A DNA stretch of 64,000 nucleotides from the human T2T-CHM13v2.0 reference genome, Homo sapiens. How positions within the stretch are numbered: the stretch's first letter is position 1; each line of letters starts with the position of its first letter. The notes under the pieces were generated by a model that worked only from the letters and a program-made list of their open reading frames with translations, had not been told where the DNA came from and searched no databases. The stretch lies in NCBI RefSeq assembly GCF_009914755.1, contig NC_060933.1; one strand, 5' to 3'. A program made the translations under genes and the position numbers. Shown here one piece after another: positions 30,756-50,819 of this stretch.

Positions 30756-33310
30756 TTTTAATTTTTTTAAATTTTTGTGGGTATATAGTAGGTGTATATA
30801 TATGTATATATTTATGAAGTAGATGAGATGTTTTGATACAGGCATGCAATGTAAAATAAGTACCTCATGGAGAATGGGGTATCCATCCCCTCAAGCATTA
30901 ATCATTTGAATTACAAACAATCCAATTACACACTTTAAGTTATTTTAAAATGTACAACTAAGTTATTGTTGACTATAGTCACTCTGTTGTCTTATCAAAT
31001 AGTAGGACTTTTTCATTCTTTCTATTTTTTTGTACCCACTAAACATCCCCTACTCCCCCCGATCCCTGTACTACCCTTTCCAGCCTCTGGTAACCATCCT
31101 TTTACGCTCCATGTCCATGAGTTCAATTGTTTTGATGTTTAGATCCCACAAATAAGTGAGAACATGCAATGTTTGTCTTTCTGTGCCTGGCTAATTTCAC
31201 TTAACATAATGATCTCCAGTTCCATCCATGTCTTTGCAAATGACTGGATCTCATTCTTTTTATGGCTGAATAGTACTCCATTGTGTATATGTACCACATT
31301 TTCTTTATCCATTCATCTGTTAATGAACACATAGGTTGCTTTCAAATCTTAGTTACTGAAAACAGTGCTGCAACAAACATAGGAGTATAGATATCTCTTT
31401 GATATACTGATTTCCTTTCATTTGCTTATATATGCAGCAGTGGGGTTGCTGGATCATATGGTAGCTCAATTTTTAGTTTTTTGAGGAAACTTCAAACTAT
31501 TCTCCATAGTGGTTGTACTAATTTACATTCCCACATCAACAGTGTACAAGGATTCCCTTATCTACACATCCTTGCGAGCATTTGTTATTGCCTGTCTTTT
31601 GGCTCTAAGCCATTTTCACTGAGGTGAGATGATATCTTATTGTAGTTTTTATTTGCATTTCTCTGATGATCAGTGATGTTGAGCACTTTTTCATATGCCT
31701 GTTTGCCATCTGCATGTCTTCTTTCGAGAAATTGTTCAAACTTTTTTGCCTATTTTTGATTGGATTAATATATTTTTTACTATAGAGTTGTTTGAGCTCC
31801 ATATATATTCTGGTTATTAATCCTTTGTCAGATGGGTAGTTTGCAAATATTTCCTCCCATTCTATTTGTTGTCTCTTCACTTTGTTTATTGTATCCTTTG
31901 CTGTGCAGAAGGCCTTTTAACTTGATGTGATCCCATTTGTCCATTTTTGTTTTGGTTGCCTATGCCTGTGGGTATCTCTCAAGAAATTTTTGCCCAGACC
32001 AATGTCCTGGAGAGTTTCCCCAATGTTTTCTTGGAGTAGTTTCATAGATTGAAGTCTTAGATTTAAATCTTTAATCCATTTTGATTTGATTTTTGTATAT
32101 GGAGAGAGATAGGGGTCTAGTTTTATTCTTCTGTACGTGGATATCCAGTTTTCCACACATCATTTACTGAAGAGACTGTCTTTTTCCCAGTGTATGTTCT
32201 TGGTACCTCTGTCAAAAATGAAATGAGTTCACTGCAGGTGCATGAATTTATTTCTGGGTTCTCTGTTTTGTCCCATTGGTCTATGTGTCTCTTTTGATGA
32301 AAGTACTGTGCTGTTTTGGTTACTCTAGCTCTGTAGTATGATTTGAAGTAAGGCAATGTGATTCCTCCAGTTTTTTTCTTTTTTCTTTTGGCTATTCTGG
32401 GCCTTTCGTGGTTTCACATAAATTTTAGGATTTTTTTTTTCTATTTCTGTGAAGAATGTCATTGGTATTTTGATAGGAATTGCATGGAATCTATAGACTG
32501 CTTTCGGTAGTATGAACATTTTAATAATATTGATTCTTCCAATCCATTAATATGGAATATTTTTCCATTTTTTTGGTGTCCTCATGAATTTCTTTCATTG
32601 ATGTCTTACAGTTTTCATTATAGAGATCTTTCACTTCTTTGATTAATTCCTAGCTATTTAATTTTATGTGTGGCTATTGTAAATAGGATTATTTTTAAAT
32701 TTATTTTTCATATTGTTCATTGTTGGTATATACAAATGTTACTGATTTTTGTACATTGATTTTGTATCCTGCAACTTCATTGAATTTATCAGTTCTAATA
32801 GTTTTCTGTGGAGTATTTAAGTTTTTCCAAATATAAGAGCATATCATTTGTAAACAAAGATAATTCTTCCCTTCCAATTTGGATGGCCCTTAATATCTTT
32901 CTCTTGTCTGATTGCTCTAGGTAGGACTTCCAGGACTGTGTTGAATTAACAGTGGTGACAGTGAGCATCCTTGTTGCATTCCAGACTAGAGGAAAGGCTT
33001 TCAGTTTTTCCCCATTCAGTATGATACTACTAGCTGTGGGTCTGTCATATATGGCTTTTATTATTTTGAGGCATTTTCCATCTATTTTTTGAGGGTTTTT
33101 ATCACAAAGGGATGCTGAATTTTTATCAAATGCTTTTTCAGCATATATTGAAATAATCGTATGTTTCTTACCCTTCATCTGTTGATATGATGTATCACAT
33201 TGATTGATTTGCATATGTTGAACTATCCTTGTATCCCAGGGATAAGTTTCACTTGGTGATGATATATGATCTTTCTAATGTATTGTTGAATTTGGTTTGC
33301 TAGTATTTTG
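30756..33310 (-). mobile_element. L1MA-type element filling much of intron 2
   Basis: 3' UTR starts ~15 nt after the exon 2 donor; several degenerate ORF2 fragments in the ORF track. Confidence 0.88.
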
Positions 33311-33319
33311 TGCAGTCTG

Positions 33320-34370
33320 GATAGGCCAATAATCCCAAATCATCAAGTCCTGGTTCCTTTTTTGCTTAGCAGTTTTTCCCACTTATCTTTTCCTCTTGAA
33401 TTTTACTATAACCAGAAAAAAGAAATGAGGCCGCAGCTTCGACACATTTCTTAGAAATTTCCTCAGCTAAATATCTGAGTTCATCATTCACAAGCTTTGT
33501 TTTCCACATAACTGCAGGACACCATTCAGCTAAGTTCTCTGTCCTGCATAACAAGGATCCCCCTTTCTTCTTTTCCCAGTAGCATGCTCCTCATTTCCAC
33601 TCAAGTCCTCACCAGTAGTGCTTTGAACATACATATTTCTACGAATAGTCTGTTCATGATAATTTAGGTATTCTTTAAGATGATGTAGATTTTCTCTACC
33701 ATGGAACTCTCTTCCTTCCAATTCCTCAGGAGCAGAATCATTAACACACGTATTTCTATTAACAGTCTCTTTGAGGAAATACAGGCTTTTTCTAGCATGC
33801 TTTTCAAATTTTTTTCGGTTCTAACTATTCATCAATTGCAAAGCCACATCCACATGTTTAGGTATTTGTTGCAGCAGCACCACACTTCCAGGTACCAAAA
33901 CCTGTATTTATTTATTATCCTTGCTGTAACAAATTACCACAAACTTAGTGGCCTAAAACAACATAAACGTACTATGTTACAGTTCTGGAGTTCACACCTA
34001 TGAAATAAATCTCTCTGGGCTAAAATCAAAGTGTTGGCAGGGCTGAGTTCCTTCTGGAGGCTCTAGGGAAGAATCTGATTTCTTGCCTTTCCTAGCTTCT
34101 AGAGGCCACCTGCGTTCCTTGGCCCCCTACTCCACTTATAAGTCTAGCAATGGCACTACTCTGACCTCTGCCTCCATTGTCATACCTCCCTTTATCAATC
34201 TGCCTCTCTCTTCCATCTTTTAAGGATACTTATTATCACACAGGGACCATTCGAATAGTCCAGAACACTCCATTTTAAGATACTTAACATCTGCAAAATA
34301 AGGTAACATATTGACAGATTTTGGTGATTAAAACAAGAACCTCTGTGGGAGTGTTATTCTGCTTACCACA
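33320..34370 (-). mobile_element. MaLR (MLT1-type) LTR (33903-34370) plus internal fragment
   Basis: ctgtaacaaattaccacaaacttagtgg and ggctctagggaagaatc LTR motifs; ggtaccaaaa junction between LTR and internal sequence. Confidence 0.7.
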
Positions 34371-35056
34371 CGCATTTGGCATAAAAAAACTCTTATTTGG
34401 TTAAAAGAAACTCTCTTTTATATTGCTGCTTCTCTTCCTATTTCTTTCTACTGCCCTAATTCCCTTCTCAACAAATGGTTTGCATATAATTAAATAGGTA
34501 ATATATGTAAAGCATATATTTTTATAGTTGGAAATTGTTTTCCTCCCTTATGTATCCCAAGTAACTAGAAGTGTGCCTGGCACTTGTTAGCAATCAGTAA
34601 GTAATTGTTTAATGAAAGAATAAATATTCAACTAATCATTAGTTACTTCTATAAGTAATTAACCCTTTCTGTTCATCGTATTTATACATATGCATGTTCT
34701 TTATCTATTAATAGCTGCTACTTCCCAGAACTTATTGGGAGAAGACACCTATGTCTTGGTTTTATATGCTTTTCTGAATAAAGTAAACTTTACATTTTGT
34801 CTTATCAGTGGGCATCACCCTTTGAAAGCATTTTTGAAGGACTATGGTACTTTGACTATTGGAGCCTAAGAAAGATGAGAATATAATGTTAGCTTTATAT
34901 TATCAAGTAAGGTTATTCTATTATTCAGAACTCACTCAAGTTTCCTCTCACCTTTATTCTACTTCCTCATTAACAAGTCATCGGTTTGATACATTAATCA
35001 TGGCAAAAAAATCACAGAGGAAGCACTAATCTGTCATTTTTTTCTGTGACCTGCAG

Positions 35057-35208
35057 ACTCTTTGACACCCGGTACAGCATCCGGGAGAATGGGCAGCTCC
35101 TCACCATCCTGAGTGTGGAAGACAGTGATGATGGCATTTACTGCTGCACGGCCAACAATGGTGTGGGAGGAGCTGTGGAGAGTTGTGGAGCCCTGCAAGT
35201 GAAGATGA
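35057..35208 (+). CDS. MUSK: MUSK exon 3 (Ig1, second half)
   Basis: Acceptor ctgcag|; encodes [50 protein letters not shown] (DxGxYxC Ig motif); donor |gtgagt; 152 nt. Confidence 0.97.
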
Positions 35209-35248
35209 GTGAGTGGGAAACAGATTCGTCTATTGATTTGAAAGTTGA

Positions 35249-35574
<326 letters not shown>

Positions 35575-36391
35575 TGACTTGGTACACTTTAAAACAGTCA
35601 GTAAATAGAGATTTTCTCAGGCCTGGTGATTCAGCACTGAGACAAGTTCAAGTTCAAGCACAACCCTGAGGCCAATTAATCCCACACCTCTTATGCCTGC
35701 TATCAACCACTACCCTAAGGCAAGCCTCTCAATTCTCTATCCTCTCCCATTTTCTTACCTTCACTCATCTCCTGACTTCTTCCACCCTGAATTCTTTCAC
35801 CAGGAAAACTTCCTCTGAAACATTTACCCTACACCTGTGAAACACAACCAAACACCCTTTTTATTTCTAACCTCTTTGCAGACACTTTTGCCTTATTTCA
35901 AATTTGATATTCTTCTGAGTGATTTTCTGCTTCAGTGGAAGCTGTTCTATTTTCTCCACTTCATGTCTACAAGACTGCCAAACACTAGTAGGTAATCTCC
36001 CAGCCCTCAGTGTTGCTTTTAAACCATTCTATTTTGTATTCCTATACAAAATCTTTCCTCTGATGAGGGCTTATGCCATTCTGACCTATCTTTTCTCTAA
36101 CTGTATTCATCATGTCATCTGCTCTTCTAGGCACTTCCCCATATTTATTAAAAACTTTGATTCCAGGCTTACTATCTTTCTATCCATCTCTACTCCTGCA
36201 ATTACCCTAAGAAATTTTAACAGCCATGAAATAGAACCACTAGCCACTTAATTCTCATAATTCCTTGACCTGCAGAAATCCAGTGATGTTTGTCTTTTTT
36301 TTTCAATTTTAAGGCTCATACTTTTAATCTCTATGTACACACGTATGTAGTCGTTAAGGTAAGTCTGCCACTGTGAGGAAAGGTAGTTTCA

Positions 36392-36825
36392 TTTTATTTT
36401 TTTAACTTTCATTTTGAGTTCAGGGGTACATCTGCAGAATGTGCAGTTGTTTTACATAGGTAAACATGTGCCATGGTGGTATACTGCACAGATCATCCCA
36501 TCACCTAGGTATTAAGCCTAGCATCCATTCTATTCTTCTTGATGTTCTCCCTCCCCACACCAACACCCCCGACAGGCCCCGTGTGTGCTGTTTCCCCCCA
36601 TGTGTTCATGTGTTCCCATCGTTAGCTCCCACTTCTAAGTGAGAACATGCAGTGTTTGGTTATCTGTTCCTGGATTAGTTTACTGAGGATAATGGCTTCC
36701 AACTCCATCCATGTCCCTGCAAAGGACATGATTTCATTCCATTTTATGGCTCTGTAGTATTCCATGGTGTTTAGGTACCACATTTTCTTTATCCAGTCCA
36801 TCATTAATGGGCATTTAGGTTGTTT
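36392..36825 (-). mobile_element. L1PA (older) 3' fragment
   Basis: L1 3' UTR; translates MEYYRAIKWNEIMSFAGTWMELEA. Confidence 0.85.
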
Positions 36826-36851
36826 GTGTTAACTGTTTTATTGTTTTTTTG

Positions 36852-40601
<3,750 letters not shown>

Positions 40602-41497
40602 TAAAATCTTCAGCTTCAGTATGTCACTCTCATCATGGACATTTTTTGGTACAGCCTTGTCAGATGAGCAAAACAGTTTCCCATACTCATGATTTGCCTC
40701 CAAGTAGAGTTTGTGGGCACAAACTTCCATTGTCTCCTTCTCAGCTAACAACAGTGTCTCAGTCTCTCTCATTCTCCTACTCTTGCTATACAACCTCAAC
40801 ATCACCAGCATCATCATGTTCTCTTACCTTGATTCGTCTCTGTTCTCCTTTCCATTGATTCCCCAATGGGGCTTTTATTTCCTTCCATACTTAGTTCTTT
40901 CTTCTACCTGGTGATGTATCATCAAACACTGCCTTACCAGCATCTTTAAATCTCATGGCCTCCTGTCCTGTAAGCATCTGCTACTTGCAAACTGTCAATC
41001 TTACAATGATGTAACCTTCATCTTCTCTTCTCTGACATGCTTATAACCATACATACGGGCACCACACAAATTAGAGGAATTTAGGTCTACTTGGGACATT
41101 TATTTTTAGTTTTTGTGTTGTTGTCTTTCCTCATTATTTCTTATCTTTTGTTATTTTGCTGGAGGAAATCATTAGGTACTTTTTTCAGAGTGTGAAGATG
41201 TAAAATATTTCCTGAATTTGTGCACGATTGGAAGTCTTCATTTTGCTCTCATTGTTGGATAATAATTTTGCTGCATGCAGAATGAGAGTTTTAAAATCCC
41301 TTTTCTTTAGTTTTAGTAGATATCCTCTGTTGCAGATGAGAAGTCTTTTTCTTATTTCTTTACAAGTAAATCTGATGTCTCTCTTAAAAAGTTTAGGATT
41401 TTTCTTTTTTTTCTAGAGTTCATAAATTTCACAAATTGACAAGAATATATTAGGTGTATTTTTAAGAATTATTGCTACTCAGTTTTAGGTGGGCCTT

Positions 41498-41843
41498 GTT
41501 TTTTTGTTTGTTTGGTTGGTTGGTTTTTGTTTTGTTTTGGTTTTTTTGAGACAAGATCTCACTCTGTAACTCAGGCTGTAGTGCAGTTGTGTGACCATGG
41601 CTCACTGCAGCCTTGACTGCTTGGGCTAAAGCAATCCTCCTGCTTCAGCCTCCCAAGTAGCTAGGACTACAGGCATGAGCCACCATACCAGGCTACTTTT
41701 ATTTATTTATTTACTTTTTTTTGGTAGAGATAAGTTCTCAGTGTGTTGCACATACTGAGTCTTGAAGTCCTGTGCTCAAGTGATCCTCCCACCTTGGCCT
41801 TCCAAAGTATCGAGATTATAGGAGTGAGCCACTGCACCCAGCC
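41498..41843 (-). mobile_element. AluJ-like
   Basis: TSD taggtgggcctt. Confidence 0.87.
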
Positions 41844-43456
41844 TAGGTGGGCCTTTTTGATCTAAAGACCAAAGCTTTTTAGAAAGGTACATTTTCTCTA
41901 TTTTTTTTCTTTTTTCTTTCTCTATGACTTCAAATTTTTCTCCTCATATTTTCTGCATGTCTTAATATTCTACTCTCTTGAAGATTCCTTTTACTTTTTC
42001 TTCATATTATGAATGTGGTCTCCAGTATGACTATTCTGTCATTCTGAGTGTTTTGGTCTTAAAAACTATATTTTTAATTTCTAAGAATTTCCTTGATGTC
42101 TCTGTTGTCATAACAAACTCACTTGTATGATACAATATTCACTTAAGCTTCTAAGGATATCACTGGTGCATCTTTTAAAAAGACATTTTCTTTTTTCCCC
42201 TGCATTACTTTTATTTCCTTCAGAAAAAAAAAATTGATTTTGTTTGGGTTCCATCCTTTTATGTTTACAATTTTTCTCAAATTGATCTTTTATTTTTTGA
42301 TCATAATAAATATACATGGAGTGTTCAGTTAATTAGGATAAAAAGCTGGTGGGAATAGCATGACTTTATGGAATACTGATTTGGTACTTACTGTGAGTAA
42401 GTAGGTGGGGATCTGCCTATATGCAGGCTTCCCTTCAGTATGCAGAGAAGTAAGAAATCAAATAAGGAAGTTGGAATGCTCTCATTTGCTAAATAATGAA
42501 GACTTCATTCTGAGGATGAAACACATTCAAGTATTTCCTTACTTTGTGACACTACCTTTCTTTTGAATATTTTTGCATATTCTCTCTGGCCCAATTGTTC
42601 TTGATTTGGGTTCTATACTAAATCCCCTTTTCTTTTCTTGCCTTCTTTTTTCCAACCTCTCCTTTGGAGATCTCATCCATTCATGTGGATATACACCGGT
42701 GTGGCCATTCCAATTGCTAAAATTTTGGAATGCTTCCATACTTCTTGGAAAGATCCGTTTTATAAGGCTCCCGAGATCCCCCAACCCCTATCACTACTCC
42801 AGCTCTCTTAAGCCCTCCCCCAAGAGCTCCCTCCCCTAAATTCCTAATGGTCCATCAGCTAAAGTCTCAATGCTGGCACAGCGGGATACTTCCAGCATCC
42901 TGCTTTAAGGTGACCAGTTCTGATTGGTCAGTACTTATGACTCCACCCTGAATCATGTTCCCTTACAGTGGGGATCCATGGCTATGCGTCAATACCCTAG
43001 TCATTCCTAGTTGACTTTACATTCAATTTCCCAAAAGGGAATTCCTCACCCCTCACCTAACAGATGACCAAGACATCAAGTCACTGAGAAGATAGGAGAT
43101 TTTTGCTTTAAGCAAAGGTCTTTACCTAAGACATTATCTGTGCCTCAGCTTTACCATAGAGATCTTGTTCAGGGAACCTATGGAAGGCATAGATAACACT
43201 TTATTTGACTGTCATAGGAATATCAAGTGCTCAGCTAAGTTTTTCCCAGCAACTGTATGACAATACAACTCACAATTGAGGAACCTGGCCAGTACTGTAT
43301 TTACATGTAGGTATTTACAGTTTATTAGAAGGAGAGTTGTATGCTATAGATAGCAGGCAAAGTAATAAAGTTGTTATTTTCCTATATTTTAAAGCCTTTC
43401 TTGTATTTTTGCTATAACACAGGGCCGCAGGAACTCTAAATGACAGTGAATGCTTA

Positions 43457-43858
<402 letters not shown>

Positions 43859-44728
43859 TCACATTGAAGTAGAAGAAAACAAAGTCCATATTTCATGCGT
43901 TCCTTTGTCAAAATAACAAATTGGTTACGGCACATGTCCTGCAAGAAATAAAATGTGTCCATTGCTCAGTAGTCTCTCTTGCGAAGTCCCCCTCTGTATC
44001 TGTAACGTAAAATTCCTAAGGACATAAATGTAGTTTTAACTATTTTACGAATAGTACTAAAATAACTGGCATCCTGAACTTATCAATTCTTTTGTATATT
44101 AGATTTAATAACTTTCTTTGAAAGTTTCATATTTGAGAATAAAAATTAACTGGCATAAACTATTTCTTCTGAAAGATTAAAAGTGTTTGAACAGTAAATT
44201 ACATGTTTGAGTCCCCCCAAATTGTATGACAGAATTTCTTCTGATTGTTAATATAATAATATCTGGTTTACTTTCTAGAGAATGAATGTATTTAATTAAT
44301 AATCATAAAATTTAATAGTCAAATTAAGATGGAAGCTAAAGGGAAAATAGGTCATAATTTCTAACTAGGTAAGAATATAGTTATATCAAAATTTTCTTTT
44401 CAAATGTTTTATGTCTATCAGTATGAATTAAATAATGTTGAATTGCTATGGTGACAGTCTATGTTAATCAGCTTTTATTAACTATCTTTTAAAATGAAGA
44501 ATGCTATGGTAACTTCACACTGTTAATATTTTTCATAAATTTGTGTTTTGCTAGTAAGATTCTAATAAAGCAGAGACAACCAAGTGTTTCTAAACTGATT
44601 TCTGTTTGAGATCTACTGAGGAAAACTGTCTTTGCATTTGGTGAATTTTGTAATGTAACATGCCTCAAATGATTCTCAAAACAGATGTTTAGAATTAAAT
44701 TGAAAGTTAGAAACTCTAGGTTTAATAA

Positions 44729-44929
<201 letters not shown>

Positions 44930-45390
44930 TAAAATGTATTTTAAAATATAACATTTCTTTACACACTCAGTTACACACTTACAAACTTCTAGTATAAAGT
45001 AGTTTCCATGTACATTTTAACCAAATGTAAATATTTCTGTTTGCATATATGCAAACTGCATGGCATTTCATTTGGGTCTGGCTAGGGAAAAAAGAGATGG
45101 GAACCAATAATGTTAAAGATAGAAAAGGAGGCAATGAAAAAGCAAACCTGGAATCCTTTGTATTTGTTGGCTGGCTAAATCATTTATTTTTTTTTAATGT
45201 TGAATCTGAGACTTAGGGGATGAAAAAGAAAAACTAAAACCCAGGCTTTAGAACTGACAGTTTCTGGAAGGAGGGAGGGAGACAAGGTTCGGAAGAAAAG
45301 AAATGAGATCTCTGGAGAGAAGTTAGGCGAAAAGACTCAAGACTCATACACAAATACCTTGGCAAATCCCTCCTGAGTCATGAAGAGTAG

Positions 45391-45659
45391 TCACGCCTGT
45401 AATTCCAGCACTTCAGGATGCCAAGGCCTGAGGTCAGAAGTTCAAGACCAGCCTGGCCAACATGGCGAAATCCTGTCTCTACTAAAAATACAAAAATTAG
45501 CTGGGTGTGGTGGTGTGTGCCTATAATCCCAGCTACTCAGGAGGCTGAGGCAGGAGAATAACTTGAACCCGAGAGGCAGAGGTTGCAAGTGAGCCAAGAT
45601 CTCACCACTGCACTCCAGCCTGGGCAACAGAATGAGACTCCATCTCAAAAAAAAAAAAA
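45391..45659 (+). mobile_element. AluS-like (partial)
   Basis: Alu consensus with A-tail. Confidence 0.85.
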
Positions 45660-46159
45660 GTTATTATCCATATGCTTATTTTGTACTGCCTCTGTATCTT
45701 ATCCCCACATTTATTGATAAATTATTATGAGGCATCATTATTGTCTTTCCATCTTTATATCACCTAAAAGATTACAGACTATGTTTTTCATTTAACAATG
45801 CATAGTATATTTTAAGAGGAATACAAAGGTGTCACTTTATGTCAATTAACTGAACTAAGGTATAAAATTGCTCAGCTTTGCTTTATTTAAAATAAAATAA
45901 ATATTGCTAATTTTTAATGATTAATTATCTGGCTTTCCTCTTGTTATAAATCTTGGTGCATTTCCTACAATGACAAACAAGGGTGGTTGTACTTATGTTA
46001 CTGAATTTAGGGTTCAAAACAGAAAAGACAGATGTAATATTTAAACTCCAAAGAGTAATTTTAATATTATGTGTGAAATTTTCTAGTATTTCAAAGGACA
46101 TGTACTCTTCTAAAGATACCATCTAGGGTGCAAGGTAAACCTGATAGTTAAAAGCAATG

Positions 46160-46337
46160 TGTTTATTTATTCATATTTCAATAGCTTTTGGGGTACTAGT
46201 GGTTTTTGGTTGCAAGGATGAACTGTATAGTGGCCAAGTCTGAGATTTTAGCGTGCCTATTACCTGAGTGCTGTACATTATACCCAGTATATAGTTTTGT
46301 ATGTCTCACCACCCCACTCTGCAACATTTCCCCCTTC
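46160..46337 (-). mobile_element. Short old L1PA/L1PB 3' fragment
   Basis: caatagcttttggggtac signature; TSD taaaagcaatg. Confidence 0.7.
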
Positions 46338-46660
46338 TAAAAGCAATGCTTTTAATCAGATTTAGCTGTGACTTTGGGGAAGCAAAATAAGCCCATATAC
46401 ATATATATATTATACATATACATATTATATATATAATATATATATACACACACTCATGGGATGAAAGAAAATAAAAATAAACTATACCTCATAGGACCCT
46501 GGTGAAGATTAATTTAGGTACTCTTGCACTATTTCATTTAATATTGTATGTTTTACATAATAAGTGGCCAATAAAGGTCAAAGCGATATCTTTGATGATG
46601 ATAATAGTGATGACAATAAGTTGATGATATTTGGCAAATGTATCCTTGATAGACCCATAA

Positions 46661-46858
<198 letters not shown>

Positions 46859-49800
46859 TGACTGTGTGACCAGGGGCCTCACTGTCTACTGTGAAGGCTG
46901 CACCTGGGCTTGGGAGAGAAGAGATGTGGGCAGCCCACTTCCCTCAGTTGTTCCAGATATTAGGCCATAAGTTCAAGCGTATGATAACAGAAAAGGAAAA
47001 CTGAAAAAAGAAAGAAATTTTCACTAGTATAAAAGGTCATATTCCATTGATTACTCACAATCACTGGTAATTTTTACCAAAACAGACTAAATTTACTGTA
47101 ACAGTAAAATAATAGAAACCCATTTTAGAATGCCTTCCTGGTTTGGACAATTCTTCCCTCATTTAAAGACTTGGGCATAATAATTTTAATCTTTTTAATC
47201 ATACAGAACAACTTTAAAAAGATGTGATAAGGAGGAAAAAGTAGCTATTTTCAGATAGTGTTCTATCACAAAGCTTGAAAAAAAAAACATTAACTCAAAT
47301 CGTAAAGCCAAAAATAATCCCAGTTCTGTGAGTTATGTTATCAAAATCGTTTTTCTTTTCTTTCTGAAAATATTTTTTAATCAGCTAATTCAATAACTTG
47401 GTGTGAAAGGTCTTCACTGAGAAATCAGAATCCAAATAGGTCTAGGTGTTCTATTTGCTTGTTAGTCGGGTCCTTCTTGACCTAAAATTGCACCACATTT
47501 TGCTTAAAAAGAACTATCAGCACACCTCTATTAGGCGAATAAACTGAGTACAAACCCTTCCTAGCTCTTCCTGTTGTATGCCAGAGAATTAACATTTTTG
47601 GCTCCTAGCTTTCTCACCTGTTAAGTGGGGTTTGCTCTATTTAATGAAGTTAGGTGTTGATAGTGTTTAGCAGAGCATCTGGTCCTTTGTGCACCCTCAA
47701 TAAATGTTGGCTATAAGAATTATCATCTATTTTTCTGCTTTTCTCTTATCTGATTGATAAGTGTTAGAGTATCACATACTGGCACAAATTACAGTTCAAT
47801 CAGGAAAAGACTTGAAGAGTTCTCCATATTTTACTTTGATTCTGTCCTACTTTCCTTAGGCCAAAATCTATCTTTTTCTGCATATTTCCTTCTCATTCAT
47901 ATAGTTTTCTATTAACTCCTTTAAGATTATTTTTATTTCCTTGATGGACATTCCTGTCACAGCTTTAATGATCTCGTTTCCCACGTTTGCCTCCAATTGA
48001 GGTAACATCTTTATTATGTCATTGTACCAATTGCTCATAAAATTTTCATTAATTCCTCATGGAAAATAATGAGGTTGGTGGGAATAGTGGCTGTCAGAAT
48101 ATAAAAATACATTTTCATCAAGTTGCTGTAATTTAATATCTTCTAAATAATCAGTGCTATTTGAAGCTCCGTATTCAACAACCAGTTGATATGATTTATT
48201 CAGTAAAAACTAAATAAACCTACAAACCCACCCAGACACACATTCAGACTCACTGAATATCTGTCTGCCTAGATCCAGTGTTTTCTTGTTCTGTCTAAGG
48301 AATGATGCAGAATTAATGCTATCCATTTGTATAAAATATCACAAAGAGTTTTTCTCTTTAAGATATTAAAAATAAGCTTTCTGTATTATAATATTTAATA
48401 CTGATCATTTAGGTCACTAGCTTCATAGATATTAAAACAACTTGCTTTACCTTTGACCTAGAGAAAATTATCACCGAACTCCATTAGTTGGAGTTATTAT
48501 ACAGTTTGGTTTTGTGTTACCATTTAATTTTGTATCATGCCTGTCAGTAACATTGAATACTGCCTCTTTTCTCGTAACCTTTAAATGGTCATGCTTAGTG
48601 CTTTAAAAGTTAATATATGCTAGAGATAGTATTAAATTTGCTAGAACTGAGAGCTCATAATATCATTTAAAGTTATTCTAACTGTAGGTAAGATGATTTT
48701 CGCACACATTTAGCACACATGCCTATTTCTACCCTCATCTTAGTCCCTATTAAAATAGCCAAAATATGTGACATGCTTAGCACAATTGCTGGTACATAAT
48801 AAGCATTTAATAAATGGAATCTACTATACTTATTATGATTAAAACATAAAATTGTAACAAATTTGCTTTGGCTCTGGAAGCTCTGAAAGGTTGACTTCCA
48901 CTTGAATAAATAGTTGAGGTATTTTCATAAGATATAATGTAGACGTGACCTATTTAGAGGTAAGGCTAACTCAACCTACAACTCAGAACAAGTTTTTTTT
49001 TAAAAAAAAGCAACTGAGAAATGACTGGAAAAACCTCAAAAGTACATGCAGATGCCTGCTAGTTTGGCAATGATGAGGACTGAAGATGATGAGGCAGGGC
49101 CATCGTCAGTTGGGGCAGACGAGCATATGTATGTATCAAGTCGTAACTCTGCAAATTAGTTATGCAGTGACTATATCGAATCAGAACTCTATGGTGCCAT
49201 TTGATGCTGGGCTACATGTAACACAGATGGGCATACAGGAAAAGATAGAGTTTTGTCATTGATAGCCTCTAATAAAGATAAACATGCCAGGCCATGGATT
49301 GGGTACCATGTGTTAACTAAATCTTTGTTGTTACAACTGTGAAAGAAACACCCTACCACACAGAAGTAAAGCTCCCTTTCCAGATTGCCATTCTCAGACT
49401 GCTGGACCTCTGCAATGGAAATGTAAAGGTATCCTATACTTTGGTCTTGCCTTAAAATGTTCAAACGGTGACATACATAATTATTGATGGAACCATCTAA
49501 CTCAAGCGTGGTGCAGCATGGATGTCTTTCTGAAAGGATGTCCAATGGGAAGGCTAACATTTTAAAAAGTTCCATTGAGGCTAAATGTTTTATGTGGATT
49601 ATCTTGTTTAATTCTCACTAAAAGTCTGTAACAAGGGCCCTATATTCTGCCATTTTAGGAAACAGAGGAATAGAGAGGATAGCTAACTTACACAAGGCTG
49701 CACAGATAGCTGTGTCTAAGAATTTGAGTCAGGCTGAATACTGTCTGTTCTATTAAAGAATGAGATAGTCCTGTGTGACATTGTCAAGAGAAGTATCTAG

Positions 49801-50160
49801 ATGAAAATGAGGGGAAAACCAGAATTCTGCAAATGAAGGAGAGGATGGGAGCTGAAAAAAAATAGACAGGAGGTATTGACAAATTTTTTGATAAATTTTT
49901 CAGAGAAAAGGGAGGAGTCAAAAAAGGAAGCAGTAGCTGGAGCTATGTTTGGTGTGTAGATCACGTTGCATTGCAAGATTTCTCTTCGAAAAATATTGAA
50001 ATGTAAAAAAATTTAAATGTTAAAATATTAATGACACTGAGCTCAGAGAGAAGAAAAATTTGAACATACATAAGAGAACAAAATACTCAATGAAATGTGG
50101 TGCTGGATAATGCACAAGGGTTGTATTTGGGGGCCAAGTAGAATGATAAACTGTATACAG

Positions 50161-50293
50161 AGGGTGACCACATGTTCTGGTTTTCCCAGGACAGTTCTGG
50201 TTTACACCTGTTGTCCTGGAATCATTATTAATAGAGTCTCTCTTTTACTTTCAGAAGTATCCAAGCTTCCACGATAAATTATATGGTTACTCT
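50161..50293. mobile_element. hAT-type MITE (MER94-like)
   Basis: Terminal inverted repeats agggtgacca / tggttactct; ~130 bp. Confidence 0.6.
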
Positions 50294-50819
50294 CCTTAGA
50301 CAGGAAGACAGAATGTCCTTGTAATAGGAAGAAAAGAGAAGAGGGAAGTTTTCAGTATAAATCAGTTCATAAGTATGATGGATGGAATTTGAGAAAATTC
50401 TGTTCTTATGGTCTCTATTTCCTCTAGGAAGGAGAAATTAGGGTTATCTTTTGAAAACACTTTTGTTAAAGGGTCAGGGAAGGGGGTAAGGATGAAGTGA
50501 GTTCTAAAATAGCTGTGGAATGGGAGAGATGACTCACAAAGTAAACCAGGATTGTAGGGCAGCATTAAAGTTTTAGTAGAGAGCAGGACCGTGAATATGG
50601 AGTAGCATCAATCCACATGGTTGCAGGGTTTTTCCCTCCAGTGTTGCTCTGCTGTACAGGTGTAAGTTCAGAAAATAGCAGAAAGCTAAATTCAAAGGCA
50701 AGACATAAATGTTGGAGTTTTGTCAGGAAGGAAAATAGGGCAAAGGATTTGAGACTATTGCAAAAGAGAGATTGAAGCATGAATCATGGAATCTTTAGGT
50801 ACCAAATACACCTATAATT

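Noticed and set aside
49189-49575. 128-aa minus-strand ORF in non-repeat DNA
   Set aside because: No recognisable domain or pseudogene hallmarks; length compatible with chance
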